Below are positions 28,414 through 37,595 of a stretch of 64,000 nucleotides of DNA, piece by piece. The translations under genes were made by a program, and so were the position numbers. The notes under the pieces were generated by a model. That model saw nothing but the letters and a program-made list of their open reading frames with translations. It did no database searches and was not told the DNA's origin. The DNA lies in IMG/VR virus record IMGVR_UViG_3300029339_000293; one strand, 5' to 3'. How positions within the stretch are numbered: position 1 is the first letter of the stretch; each line of letters starts with the position of its first letter. This DNA is from a virus.

Positions 28414-28815
28414 ATGGAGAAATATCAGCACAGACGTCACAATAAGAACCTGCTAATGGTGCACTTGATATTTGTTACAAAATATAGAAAAAAGATATTA
28501 CTTGGGAATTTTAATAATGATATTAAGCAATATATTTTTGATATATGCCAAGAAAGGCATTGGTATATAAAGAGAATGGAGACTGATAAAGACCATATTC
28601 ATATTTTACTGCAGTATAATCCAACAGATTCGATTAAAAACATAGTTTCTCTGCTAAAGCAGAAAAGTACATATATGGCCTGGAAAAAATATAGTAACAT
28701 GCTAAAGAAATACTATTGGAAAGAACATGCTTTGTGGTCTGACGGATACTTTGCGGCATCTATTGGGATGGTGTCGCAGGCAACGATTGAACAATATATT
28801 AAAAATCAGGGATAA
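28414..28815 (+). CDS. tnpA: IS200/IS605-family Y1 (HuH) transposase TnpA
   Basis: 133 aa; HuH motif DHIHILLQY and catalytic-Tyr region SDGYFAASIG; terminator-like palindrome GACCCTAAAGGGTC right after the stop. Confidence 0.85.
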   Translation: MEKYQHRRHNKNLLMVHLIFVTKYRKKILLGNFNNDIKQYIFDICQERHWYIKRMETDKDHIHILLQYNPTDSIKNIVSLLKQKSTYMAWKKYSNMLKKYYWKEHALWSDGYFAASIGMVSQATIEQYIKNQG

Positions 28816-29190
28816 TAAAACCGACCCTAAAGGGTCGACGCTTCCTTTTAAATTCGGTGAACTACCCACCACTTGCTCGCGCTGAAGTGGGGGCTTTTGG
28901 TCTAAGCCCATCTTTTTTCCTGCCGATATTGCACAGGCAAGCCCCGGTGTTCCACCGGTTATTTTTAATATGCCGAATTTTTTCGAAAAAGAGTAATCTT
29001 ATGCGGATTTTTTTACAAAAAATGGAATTCATCGAAGAGCGAGAACTCGCCCGGAGTCGTCTTGTTCTGAGCCTGCAAGGCGAAGTATCATCTCGCCACT
29101 TATAGAAGTGGGAGTATTCTTCCTTTATGTATTTAGAAGAAAAGCCGTCTAACTCACGACTAAAGTCACGAGAATGCGACGGCTAAATTT

Positions 29191-30996
29191 TCAAATATAG
29201 AAGTTTTGTTTAACAGTATTACTTTCTTCAAGCTCCTCTAGAATATAAGATTTCAAGGTCGTTTTCTTATACTCGTCCGCCAGCCTTAAGGCTTTCTTCA
29301 ATGTATATTTGGAAGCGATATGCAGTTTAAAGAACTTTACTGCCAATTCCTCATCCTCTCCGGAAATCAGCCGCTCCACCAGTTTACTAGCTTGTTTTTT
29401 CAAATATTCTTTTGCTCTTTCATCTCCAAATTCCGCATATTCCAGAATTGCCATGTTTTCTTTACACTCTTTTGTATAAGCGTATTCAAAACATGTAATG
29501 TAACGCATTTCATTTTTTTGAAAAAACATGTTTATGCTGTCATTCATTTTATCAGCGAATGTTGGGTCTGAGTATTTTGGAATATATACCTTTTTTCCTT
29601 CGCATATGACTTCCACCCAATTATCACAGCTTCCATTCCATGGTTCTCCAGGCGACGTAATAGCTTTAGCAATATTTATAATATATTTTTTTAATGTTAA
29701 TCTTAATACACCTATTACATCTCTACTTAACATCAAACCATCAAAGTAAGTTATTGTTGATGGCAACGTTAATTCCTGAACATCTGCTCCGCAGATGCTG
29801 GTGTCGCCCATCTCTTCAATTCCTTCGTTTAAAGAAATCGATACAAGCCCGCTACCAAAAAATGCGTCATTTTCAATCCTTTTTACCTGTCCCGGTATTG
29901 TTATTTTTGTCAGGTTTTTGCACCACATGAACGTACATTCACGGATAGTTTCCAGCCCTTTTCCAAGTACAACATTTTTTAGATTTTCGCAAGCATAGAA
30001 AGCCTCATTTCCTATAATTTTTACGCTGTCTGGTATTACAACAGACTCCAATAAACAGCCCTTAAATGCTCGGCTACATATTTTTTCAACTCCATCTGGA
30101 ATTACAACATCTTTCTGCTGTATTTGGCTGAAAATAAGAATCTTTCTATCCTCTGAATAAACGATACCGTTTTCGCAGATAACATTATTTGCCTTTGCTG
30201 TTTCCGGCGTGATGTCAAAAATACTGATATGGTTTCCATTGTCTCGGATTCTGTGTATGATTGGCTCAATACCATACATAAACGAATTTTGTTTTACCGG
30301 TTTCTCTTTTATATCAAGAGTTATCCATTTAGGAAGTGATTCTACATTGTGCATTAAAAACGTATCAATATTATGTGTAATCACATGCTCGTTCCCAGTA
30401 AATTCGGTTGTTATCGTGGTCATTACATGTTCTTTGTCTGGCAAATCAATTACACTTGCAGAGTTGTCAATTTCAATAATAATGGACCCAGCTGTCTTTA
30501 CACCATTTATAAAAGGCTGCTTCTCAAATGCAGATTTTGCAAATCCCAATTTGCCACATTTCATAACACTTCCTTCGCCTTCTAAATGCATGCTTTCACA
30601 TTCTGCGAAAGCATAATCTGCAATCTCAGCAATGCAAAATTTTTTTGGCTCTGCCAGATGGATTACTTCATCCGCCTTATGAAAAAAGGTGTTTAAAAGG
30701 ATATCATGACGAAAAAACGTTCCATTAGAGTGTATCAGATAAGGTACATTTGATACAAAGTATGGCGACTTAGATATTACGTTTTTTACATTTGGAAATA
30801 ATGAATTTGGAATTTCTATAGTATTGACATTTTTCACAATATTCAGTTCTACTACATCCGGAAAGCATTTGTTTGTGTCATACATCATCAGATTTTTAAT
30901 AATCTTTACCGTTTTTACTCCAGGTTTCACATCAATTTCATTTCCGTAAAAAGTGACAAGGCCTCCTTGAGATGTTACTACTTCATTATTTTTCAT
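29191..30996 (-). CDS. BspA-type LRR family protein, paralog
   Basis: 601 aa; RBS AAAGGAGT; N-terminal module CFPDVVELNIVKNVNTIEIPNSLFPNVKNVISKS; LRR_5 repeats (VIPDSVKIIGNEAFYACENLKNV...); C-terminal module AKEYLKKQASKLVERLISGEDEELAVKFFK. Confidence 0.7.
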   Translation of the reverse strand: MKNNEVVTSQGGLVTFYGNEIDVKPGVKTVKIIKNLMMYDTNKCFPDVVELNIVKNVNTIEIPNSLFPNVKNVISKSPYFVSNVPYLIHSNGTFFRHDILLNTFFHKADEVIHLAEPKKFCIAEIADYAFAECESMHLEGEGSVMKCGKLGFAKSAFEKQPFINGVKTAGSIIIEIDNSASVIDLPDKEHVMTTITTEFTGNEHVITHNIDTFLMHNVESLPKWITLDIKEKPVKQNSFMYGIEPIIHRIRDNGNHISIFDITPETAKANNVICENGIVYSEDRKILIFSQIQQKDVVIPDGVEKICSRAFKGCLLESVVIPDSVKIIGNEAFYACENLKNVVLGKGLETIRECTFMWCKNLTKITIPGQVKRIENDAFFGSGLVSISLNEGIEEMGDTSICGADVQELTLPSTITYFDGLMLSRDVIGVLRLTLKKYIINIAKAITSPGEPWNGSCDNWVEVICEGKKVYIPKYSDPTFADKMNDSINMFFQKNEMRYITCFEYAYTKECKENMAILEYAEFGDERAKEYLKKQASKLVERLISGEDEELAVKFFKLHIASKYTLKKALRLADEYKKTTLKSYILEELEESNTVKQNFYI

Positions 30997-31040
30997 ATTT
31001 TTACTCCTTTCTTTGTATATATTTTTAAGTTTTACATATT

Positions 31041-31057
31041 CAATATGCCGGATTTTC
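31041..31057 (-). promoter_or_regulatory. Promoter-like motif CAATATGCCGGATTTTC upstream of LRR gene 29191..30996
   Basis: Conserved motif upstream of the gene start. Confidence 0.5.
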
Positions 31058-31299
31058 TAACAAAAGAAAAAGACAGGTAAAGAACCTGTCTAGACTACCG
31101 CATATGCCATAACACAGATGTCAAGCGTTAACACCAGAAACATCAGAGGATACGAAATCTTTTTTTTCTTCTTCCTGTTTTGGATGTACACAGAACGGCA
31201 GTCTTCCAGCAAGGAATACGTCATCACCGGCTGCAGTATGAGTCGCACTGCAACCATTGCCGATGCCGACAGGAAAAATATGGAGGAAACGAACTGCCA

Positions 31300-31452
31300 T
31301 CAGGCATCCGCACCAGCCTTTTGTCCTTTGGCTTTTTTTTGCAATTTTTTTCTGCCTTCTTTCCCGAATTCCTCTTTTAGGAATTTCTTACAGTTGTTGT
31401 AAGACTCTGTAATACTATATGCAAACAACTCGAAATCATCTTTTTTGTTCAT
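31300..31452 (-). CDS. Small basic protein (50 aa), tentative
   Basis: Start MNKKDDFELF with RBS GAAAGGAAAAAG; a terminator-like hairpin AGCGGCGTCCGCCGCT lies at 31505-31535. Confidence 0.25.
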   Translation of the reverse strand: MNKKDDFELFAYSITESYNNCKKFLKEEFGKEGRKKLQKKAKGQKAGADA

Positions 31453-31804
31453 ATTTCTTTTTCCTTTCTTTTTCATTTTCTTTCGGTATGCGGTATTTTT
31501 AGCCCAACAAAAAAGCGGCGTCCGCCGCTTTATACTTCCAGTCCAGGAAGTACCGCATCCAGGTATACTGGCCTTTCGCCTGCGATATCTTTTCCTTTGT
31601 CTTGCCAAAAACATCATTTCCTGATTTCTATTCTACTTCGCACATTGCAAAGTATGCGTCCAGTTCTTCCTCTGTCGGTTCATCTTTCATCGCATGCTGC
31701 GATGCTGCCTGCCCAGCAAGCATTACACCATCAGAACGACCACACCAAACATCGTTGCCGCCAGCAGACGAAGCAATCCAAGGCCGTCAATCGATAATTT
31801 TTAC

Positions 31805-31838
31805 AATTGCAAAAACCCCGGAAATCTCTTTCCGGGGC
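31805..31838 (-). terminator. Terminator of the helicase gene
   Basis: CCCCGGAAATCTCTTTCCGGGG hairpin followed by a T-run on the minus strand. Confidence 0.55.
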
Positions 31839-31845
31839 TATCATT

Positions 31846-34722
31846 TTAAGAAGCAGATTCTTTATCTGTTGAACCATACATGTTTTCATACACTTCAATG
31901 CATTCAGCAAGAAACATGTTTTCAACATCTCCCTGCATTGCACTGCTAAATGCAATTGCAACGCCAGAAATGTAGAGTTCCTTCTTCGCTCTTGTGCAGG
32001 CAACAAACAATAACCTGTTTTTTTCATCAATATCTTCAGGTTTCAAATCCCTGCCGTGCATTTTTGTAACAGAACAAAATACAACCGGCCATTCTTTACC
32101 TTTAGACGAATGCATTGTTGAAAGTACGACTCCATTGTATGCTTTTTCTTTTCTTGCAGTCTGTTTCTGTCCAAACCGTTCAAAATCCATAACGTATTCG
32201 CATACTGCATGCAGATTTTCTTGTTTAACTGCATCTTCCATCGCCGTGTTGATGTCTTCCAGAAAGCTTTGGTAAATTTCATCATTTTCTTCCTGGTCAA
32301 GCGCTTTAAATTTTTCAAACAGGCCTGTTACATTTTTTATATTCTTAACCTCATTTTGAAGATTAAGAATCTCCTGCCTGATTTCTTCATCAGACTTTGT
32401 AATGGCAGTTCCGTTATCTCTTGCATTAATATAAGCCGTTCCATTAAATTCACTATTATTAAGCATGAATTTTACAAGGCCGACTGCGCCAACAACGCGT
32501 GGATTTTCAAGAATTGGTTCTGGATTGATACTCACTGATTCAATGCCTCGCTTTTTTAGCATATCCGCATAAACCATCAGCTCAGCATTAGTTGGGGCAA
32601 GAATTGCGATTTCGTTATCTTTTCTTCCATTTTTTATCAGGTCTTCAATAACATCTACAATATATTCCTGTTCATCTTCTTTTGATGCGAAGGCAGATAC
32701 ACATACAGGTTCTCCTTCTTCATTTGTTGATTTTGGATGTTTTTCAATTCTGTTTTGATTATATGAAATCAATGTAGAAGCGAAGTCAACAATATTATGA
32801 GTAGACCGTCTGTTTTCCATCAGCTGCACATCAAGTCCATTTTCTCCAATCATCTCAAAGAAATTTTTGATTAATTCAACGTTTGCATCACGGAATCCGT
32901 AAATACTCTGGTCGTCGTCGCCAACGATGAATAATGATTTTACGCATTTTGCCTTTCTCATCTCATTAATGATTGAAAACTGGACATTTGACGTATCCTG
33001 ATATTCATCAACAGAAATATGTTCAATACCAACTTCATCAAACAGGTCAGGCTTTACGCGAAGAAGCTTCAGAACTCCAAGCTCCTGGTCACTATGTTCA
33101 ATCAGACAGGCATCTTTTTTGTACTTGTCATACTGCATATACATATTATAGATACTGTCAACTGTAGTAGTGTCAAAACCTGTTTTTTCAGCAAACTCGT
33201 CCTGAGACATACCTTCCATGATTGAGGAAAAGTATCCTTTCATAAGTTCAAGGATTCCTTTTGCACGGAACATATCAAGATAAAAGTTTTTGTATTTATC
33301 AATCAGCGCTTCAATCGGGCTGCTCTCAGATAGAATACTTTCAATTATCTTAGTTTTCTGAATTTCATTAATAAGCACTGGCGGTTTACTGTAACCAAGC
33401 AGGTTATAATACTGCTTCAGCAGTGAATCGCCGAAAGAATGAATCGTAGATATAATCATTTTATCAAAATCAACGTCAATCCCTGCAAGCCCGCAGAAGC
33501 CTTTGATTCTGTCACGCATCTCGCCCGCTCCGGCATTTGTGAATGTGAAGCATCCAATCTTTTCCGGCTGCACGCCGGCTTTAAGAAGATTCATGATTCT
33601 ATATGCCATTGCTGTTGTTTTTCCGCTTCCGGCAGTCGCAATAACACGTACATTACCTTCAAGCGCAGAAGCTGCTTTTTCCTGGTTAGGGCTCAGAATT
33701 GGCAGTGATACTGGCTTTGGCCGTTCCTCTTCGGTAAGTGGCTCTGCAGCGTCATAGTATTCACATAATACTCTGGACCGGCATGTCTTGCACTTTTCAC
33801 TTGACACTGACTGGCCTTTCAAAAATTCTTTCATCTGCGGTTCAAAGGTCTTATCAACATTACTCATATCATCCACATATGATTGTAATGTAATGACATT
33901 TCCACCTTTGCCGTCAAAGAATTCTTCACTATATTTCTTATCATCCTCACGCTCTTTCTGCAGAAAATAATAACTTGCACGCAGCATGATTTGCTGTCCA
34001 GGATATTCTTCTTTTGCGATATGTTCCATTGCTTTCAGCATTACATACAACTCAAGCCTCGTTGAAATACCTGTATCAAGGATTTTAGAAGACTCTTTTA
34101 CAGTTGGTTTTCCGGTAAACAGCCTTACTGCTTCCAGGACAAACACAGTTTCCTCATCATAAACCCATTTCCTGCCTTCTTTATGTTTGTTGGTTTTTAT
34201 CGTCTGATATCCTTTAAACATAAAATCCATCTGACATTCAAAACCGGTATTACATAAATCAACGACAGGATGCCCATTTATTACAGGCCTTCTATATTCG
34301 CAATGTAGATACCTTTCAATATCTCTTATGTCATCTTTCGCCTGCATTTGTTTTGTCGTTTCAGTAGGCATATCAAGAAATTCATAAAAAGTGTTAATCA
34401 ATGATTCAGTACTGAACCTTATTGAACCTGTCAATTTTCCGGTAATTACCTCAGTCACAAATCGCTGCCTTGCAAACTTTGATTCATCGTATGGAATTTT
34501 AACATCTTCTGCCCTGCATCCAATTGTGTCTTTTGCCATCATCCTGATTGTGTCAGCATCATTTCCGAAGTTCATGATACCCGAAATAATGATTCCTGTA
34601 ATATCCGGCATTCCTTCTTTTTCAATACGTGGAATCTTGCTTATCATTTCCTCACGTTTCCCGCATCTGTAGACTCCGTGTAATTTACCAGATTCAAAAA
34701 TCTTTTTTGCTTCCATTTTCAA
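31846..34722 (-). CDS. UvrD/PcrA-family superfamily-1 helicase with an N-terminal PD-(D/E)xK nuclease domain carrying a Cas4/AddB-like Cys cluster
   Basis: 958 aa; RBS AAAGGAGC. Helicase motifs ATAGSGKTT (motif I), VDEYQDTS (motif II) and VACTRAKKELYIS (motif VI). N-terminal ~300 aa end with CKTCRSRVLC (C-x2-C-x5-C) as in Cas4/AddB Fe-S nucleases. Confidence 0.8.
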   Translation of the reverse strand: MKMEAKKIFESGKLHGVYRCGKREEMISKIPRIEKEGMPDITGIIISGIMNFGNDADTIRMMAKDTIGCRAEDVKIPYDESKFARQRFVTEVITGKLTGSIRFSTESLINTFYEFLDMPTETTKQMQAKDDIRDIERYLHCEYRRPVINGHPVVDLCNTGFECQMDFMFKGYQTIKTNKHKEGRKWVYDEETVFVLEAVRLFTGKPTVKESSKILDTGISTRLELYVMLKAMEHIAKEEYPGQQIMLRASYYFLQKEREDDKKYSEEFFDGKGGNVITLQSYVDDMSNVDKTFEPQMKEFLKGQSVSSEKCKTCRSRVLCEYYDAAEPLTEEERPKPVSLPILSPNQEKAASALEGNVRVIATAGSGKTTAMAYRIMNLLKAGVQPEKIGCFTFTNAGAGEMRDRIKGFCGLAGIDVDFDKMIISTIHSFGDSLLKQYYNLLGYSKPPVLINEIQKTKIIESILSESSPIEALIDKYKNFYLDMFRAKGILELMKGYFSSIMEGMSQDEFAEKTGFDTTTVDSIYNMYMQYDKYKKDACLIEHSDQELGVLKLLRVKPDLFDEVGIEHISVDEYQDTSNVQFSIINEMRKAKCVKSLFIVGDDDQSIYGFRDANVELIKNFFEMIGENGLDVQLMENRRSTHNIVDFASTLISYNQNRIEKHPKSTNEEGEPVCVSAFASKEDEQEYIVDVIEDLIKNGRKDNEIAILAPTNAELMVYADMLKKRGIESVSINPEPILENPRVVGAVGLVKFMLNNSEFNGTAYINARDNGTAITKSDEEIRQEILNLQNEVKNIKNVTGLFEKFKALDQEENDEIYQSFLEDINTAMEDAVKQENLHAVCEYVMDFERFGQKQTARKEKAYNGVVLSTMHSSKGKEWPVVFCSVTKMHGRDLKPEDIDEKNRLLFVACTRAKKELYISGVAIAFSSAMQGDVENMFLAECIEVYENMYGSTDKESAS

Positions 34723-34756
34723 TTTGCTCCTTTCTTATTCTTGGTTATTACAAAGT

Positions 34757-34776
34757 CAATATGCCGGATTTTTGCC
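34757..34776 (-). promoter_or_regulatory. Promoter-like motif CAATATGCCGGATTTTTGCC upstream of the helicase gene
   Basis: Conserved motif upstream of the gene start. Confidence 0.5.
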
Positions 34777-34785
34777 GCGGCGAAA

Positions 34786-35304
34786 TCAGGCAGGAAGGCA
34801 CTTACACATATTCTGCGGCGGTCGGGTAATCGTTTTGCCATCTTCATATGTAAAACAGGAAACATCAAGCGGAGTATCGTATTTCTGAACATTTTCAAGC
34901 TTCAACACGTAGTTGTAATAATGCTCCTGGTCTCCAGTCCATCCGATAAGCTTACGGTAAGCTGCAAAATCGCTATCACTATACCACCATCTGGTAGGAG
35001 CTTTCTCTTTCTGTCTGCACCAGCACAGATACATCTGCTGCATTTTTTCAACCGAAAGGCCATTAAGCTGAGGTAACCCCGATGACATATATGCAGCCTG
35101 CAGGGTCACAAATATTTCTTTCACGTCCGCCTGACCAACGACCTTGCCTGCTCCGCCGTTCTTCTTTGTCTCGTAAAAATATAAAGTATGGTTTCCGCCT
35201 TCCAGCAGTTCGTTTACAACTTTTCTGCGAAACTCTGCTGTTTTTATTTCGGAAAAGATTGCCTTTGTATATTCCGGATATATACTGAGAAGTATTTTTG
35301 CCAT
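34786..35304 (-). CDS. ASCH-domain (PUA-like) protein
   Basis: N-terminus MAKILLSIYPEYTKAIFSEIKTAEFRRK fits the ASCH signature (..LSI.P.y...I.sG.K..EfRr); RBS AAAGGATAA. Confidence 0.5.
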   Translation of the reverse strand: MAKILLSIYPEYTKAIFSEIKTAEFRRKVVNELLEGGNHTLYFYETKKNGGAGKVVGQADVKEIFVTLQAAYMSSGLPQLNGLSVEKMQQMYLCWCRQKEKAPTRWWYSDSDFAAYRKLIGWTGDQEHYYNYVLKLENVQKYDTPLDVSCFTYEDGKTITRPPQNMCKCLPA

Positions 35305-35344
35305 TATTTTTTATCCTTTCTTTTTTTTTGTTATTTGCATCTAT

Positions 35345-35600
35345 CAGCGGAACGGTTTCTTACAAAACATACAGCTGATATCGCCCTCCGCTTTGCCGGC
35401 AGCCTCACACCGTACATCTTCTTTTTATACAAGCCTCACAGTCTCCGCCGACTAATAACCTTCCTCCCGGCTTGACCGGCCAGCGCTCTTCCGGCCAGCT
35501 TTCTTTACAGAGCACAACGCTTTCCGGCTGCCAACATATTCAATTCCGGCATCAGCCGGCCAGTAGTCTTACGCTCTCTTCTTCTTTTTTCTTTCTTTTT
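35345..35600 (-). other. GC-rich about 250-nt leader between the promoter-like motif (35630-35650) and the ASCH gene start; candidate cis-regulatory RNA
   Basis: GC content is locally far above the window average. Direct repeats CCGGCCAGC x2 and GCCTCACA x2, and paired CCGGC/GCCGG stems. No ORF longer than 20 codons. Confidence 0.3.
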
Positions 35601-35685
35601 CTCGCTTTCCACTTCTCCCCTTCGTTTTCCAATATACCGAATTTTTATTTTCTCCGTATTTTTTTTGCGGATTTATGTACGAAAA

Positions 35686-35745
35686 AAACAGCATCCGCTA
35701 CTGGATGCTGTAAGTTTTCTTGTGCAGTTTTTTCTTGGCATTTTT
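35686..35745. repeat. ~60-bp direct repeat (copy 1 of 2; copy 2 at 37531-37595) flanking LRR gene 35805..37472; carries a terminator hairpin and a remnant of the 3' coding end of a 37548-like gene
   Basis: AAAAAACAGCATCCGCTACTGGATGCTGTAAGTTTTCTTGTGCAGTTTTTTCTTGGCA versus the copy with CCACT/TTAGCA. The reverse complement encodes ..KKLHKKTYSIQ*. Confidence 0.6.
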
Positions 35746-35761
35746 TGTACAAAAGATTTTA

Positions 35762-35776
35762 GGCATATTAACATTG
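35762..35776 (+). promoter_or_regulatory. Plus-orientation promoter-like core GGCATATTAACATTG upstream of LRR gene 35805..37472
   Basis: Core begins 51 nt upstream of the ATG. Confidence 0.45.
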
Positions 35777-35804
35777 AAATAGTTAACACACAACAAAGAA
35801 AGGA

Positions 35805-37472
35805 ATGAGAAAAATGAAAAAAAATTACAGCTTAATAGGTGAATGGGTTAAAAGAAGCGGCGTATCATTTTTAGTAAGCGACGGTGTTTGTATGGATATC
35901 AAAGTAGAACCAAATACGGAAGAGGTAGATTTTGGTGATTTATATGGCATACGTTTAAATTTTGATTGCAATAAAAAATCATTTCCAAGTGTTAAACGCT
36001 TAAGGTTTGGTGAGAGCAATGAACTATATATTAAATTTTCAAACACATTGTTCCCAAACGTAAGGGAAATCGTATCTACGAATCTGAAGTATCCTTCCGG
36101 AACAATGCTGATAAGAAAATTGAATGACGCAGAAAATCTTTTGCTTAATACCTTCTGCTTGGAAGAAGATGAGCCACTGGATTTAAGAGGTATAACAGAT
36201 ATCGATGAAGATGCCTTAATTGGTTGCAAATCAAATCAGGTTATCCATACAGAAGACATAGTAAATGTTTCAGTTAAGGCATTTGAAAAATCTGGCCTGG
36301 CATGCATGAAAAAGCCTTTTGTTGACGGAGTAAAAATGGCCGGAACCATCGCATGCGATTTTAATAAAAACGCAGAAAAATATATAATCCCAAATTTCGC
36401 AACAGCAATGGCTACGTTTCTTAATTATAATATGGATGCAACTATGATTATAAAATGCAACAAGGCTTTCTTCAGGCGAGACATATTTTATTCTGTACCA
36501 AACAACTTAGTATTTATGGGCACAGACCATATGTCTGAAGCAAATATAAAATATTTGAAACGATATAATGTCAAAATTAGTTCAACTAATCCAGAATATA
36601 CAACTATAGACGATATTGTATACACGAAGGATATGCGTAAAGTAGTCTCCTGCTTTTGCCACAAAATTGATGATGCAACTATAGAAGATGGAGTAGAAGA
36701 GATTGGAAATGGTGCATTTGCTGATTGTCAAATTACTTCTGTAAAAATTCCTGACTCAGTCAAGAAAATAGGAGATGACGCATTCAGAAACTGTACAAAA
36801 CTTACCATTATAGAAACTCCGGGCGCGTTAAGTGAACTTAATGATTATGTATTCTATAATTGCAGAGCATTAGAAACAGTTAAAATAAATGAAGGAACAA
36901 AAACAATACATGAAAATGCATTTATAGGAACCCGCATAAAGAAACTGTTTATTCCAGCTTCTTTCGAAGGATTTGACAAATATGCCTATATTAATGCACA
37001 GATAATTGTTTTTGCCTCAGACGATATTCCGGATAATATCGTTAAAAGAACAGCCGCAACTAAAATAATCACACCATCTCACACGATTTATCTTCCAAGC
37101 AGAGAGTCAATCACCAAGGAAATCAAAGACGAAATAAATTCTTTGCTGAACTCTCAGAAGACCGGATTTGCAGAGCCGCTTTATAAAGCATTTGGAAAAA
37201 AACCAAAACTCAAACGTACTCTTGCATTTCAGGAATATGAAGTCTTACCTAATGAAGAAACAAAAAAATATTTAAAAAGAGTGGGAAAGGCTTTAGCGAA
37301 AGAATTTATCAATAAAAACGATGCCGAAAATCTTACAAAATTAATACAGTATAATGTCTTATCTACTAGCACATTAGAACAGATTTCGAAGGTAATAGAT
37401 GAAATTGGTTATGTAGATTTACTTGGTGTTAAAAAACTCATTTCAAATAAAATTGGAGAAAATCAAATTTAA
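35805..37472 (+). CDS. BspA-type LRR family protein, paralog
   Basis: 555 aa; RBS AAAGGAAT; N-terminal module FPSVKRLRFGESNELYIKFSNTLFPNVREIVSTN; repeats IPDSVKKIGDDAFRNCTKLTII..; C-terminal module ..TKKYLKRVGKALAKEFINKNDAENLTKLIQ. Confidence 0.7.
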   Translation: MRKMKKNYSLIGEWVKRSGVSFLVSDGVCMDIKVEPNTEEVDFGDLYGIRLNFDCNKKSFPSVKRLRFGESNELYIKFSNTLFPNVREIVSTNLKYPSGTMLIRKLNDAENLLLNTFCLEEDEPLDLRGITDIDEDALIGCKSNQVIHTEDIVNVSVKAFEKSGLACMKKPFVDGVKMAGTIACDFNKNAEKYIIPNFATAMATFLNYNMDATMIIKCNKAFFRRDIFYSVPNNLVFMGTDHMSEANIKYLKRYNVKISSTNPEYTTIDDIVYTKDMRKVVSCFCHKIDDATIEDGVEEIGNGAFADCQITSVKIPDSVKKIGDDAFRNCTKLTIIETPGALSELNDYVFYNCRALETVKINEGTKTIHENAFIGTRIKKLFIPASFEGFDKYAYINAQIIVFASDDIPDNIVKRTAATKIITPSHTIYLPSRESITKEIKDEINSLLNSQKTGFAEPLYKAFGKKPKLKRTLAFQEYEVLPNEETKKYLKRVGKALAKEFINKNDAENLTKLIQYNVLSTSTLEQISKVIDEIGYVDLLGVKKLISNKIGENQI

Positions 37473-37530
37473 TGCTGTAAACTGTGGCCGCCTGAATGTT
37501 TCAGGCGGCGTTTTTTTGTGTACATTGCAG

Positions 37531-37595
37531 CAAAAAAACAGCATCCACTACTGGATGCTGTAAGTTTTCTTGTGCAGTTTTTTCTTAGCATATGA
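37531..37595. repeat. Copy 2 of the ~60-bp direct repeat; here it forms the genuine 3' end plus terminator of gene 37548..38429
   Basis: See 35686-35745. Confidence 0.6.

Larger units (their letters stand above)
26806..29190. mobile_element. IS605-family element with divergent tnpA (Y1 HuH transposase) and tnpB, plus structured GC-rich terminal regions (boundaries approximate)
   Basis: tnpB (27058..28308, minus) and tnpA (28414..28815, plus) diverge from a shared intergenic region. GC-rich structured segments at 26810-27055 and 28840-28960. Subterminal hairpins CCACTTGCTCGCGCTGAAGTGG and CCACTTATAGAAGTGG. Confidence 0.55.

Noticed and set aside
28702-29105. ORFs 28702..28911 (minus) and 28857..29105 (plus) inside the IS605 end region
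   Set aside because: They overlap the tnpA 3' end and terminal hairpins, have no RBS, and the GC-rich structured sequence is better explained as an IS terminal region.
31731-32030. ORF 31731..32030 (minus) and the plus-strand ORFs at 31597..31949
   Set aside because: They overlap the helicase 3' end and terminator and lack RBSs. The GC-rich segment is reported as an unexplained non-coding region instead.
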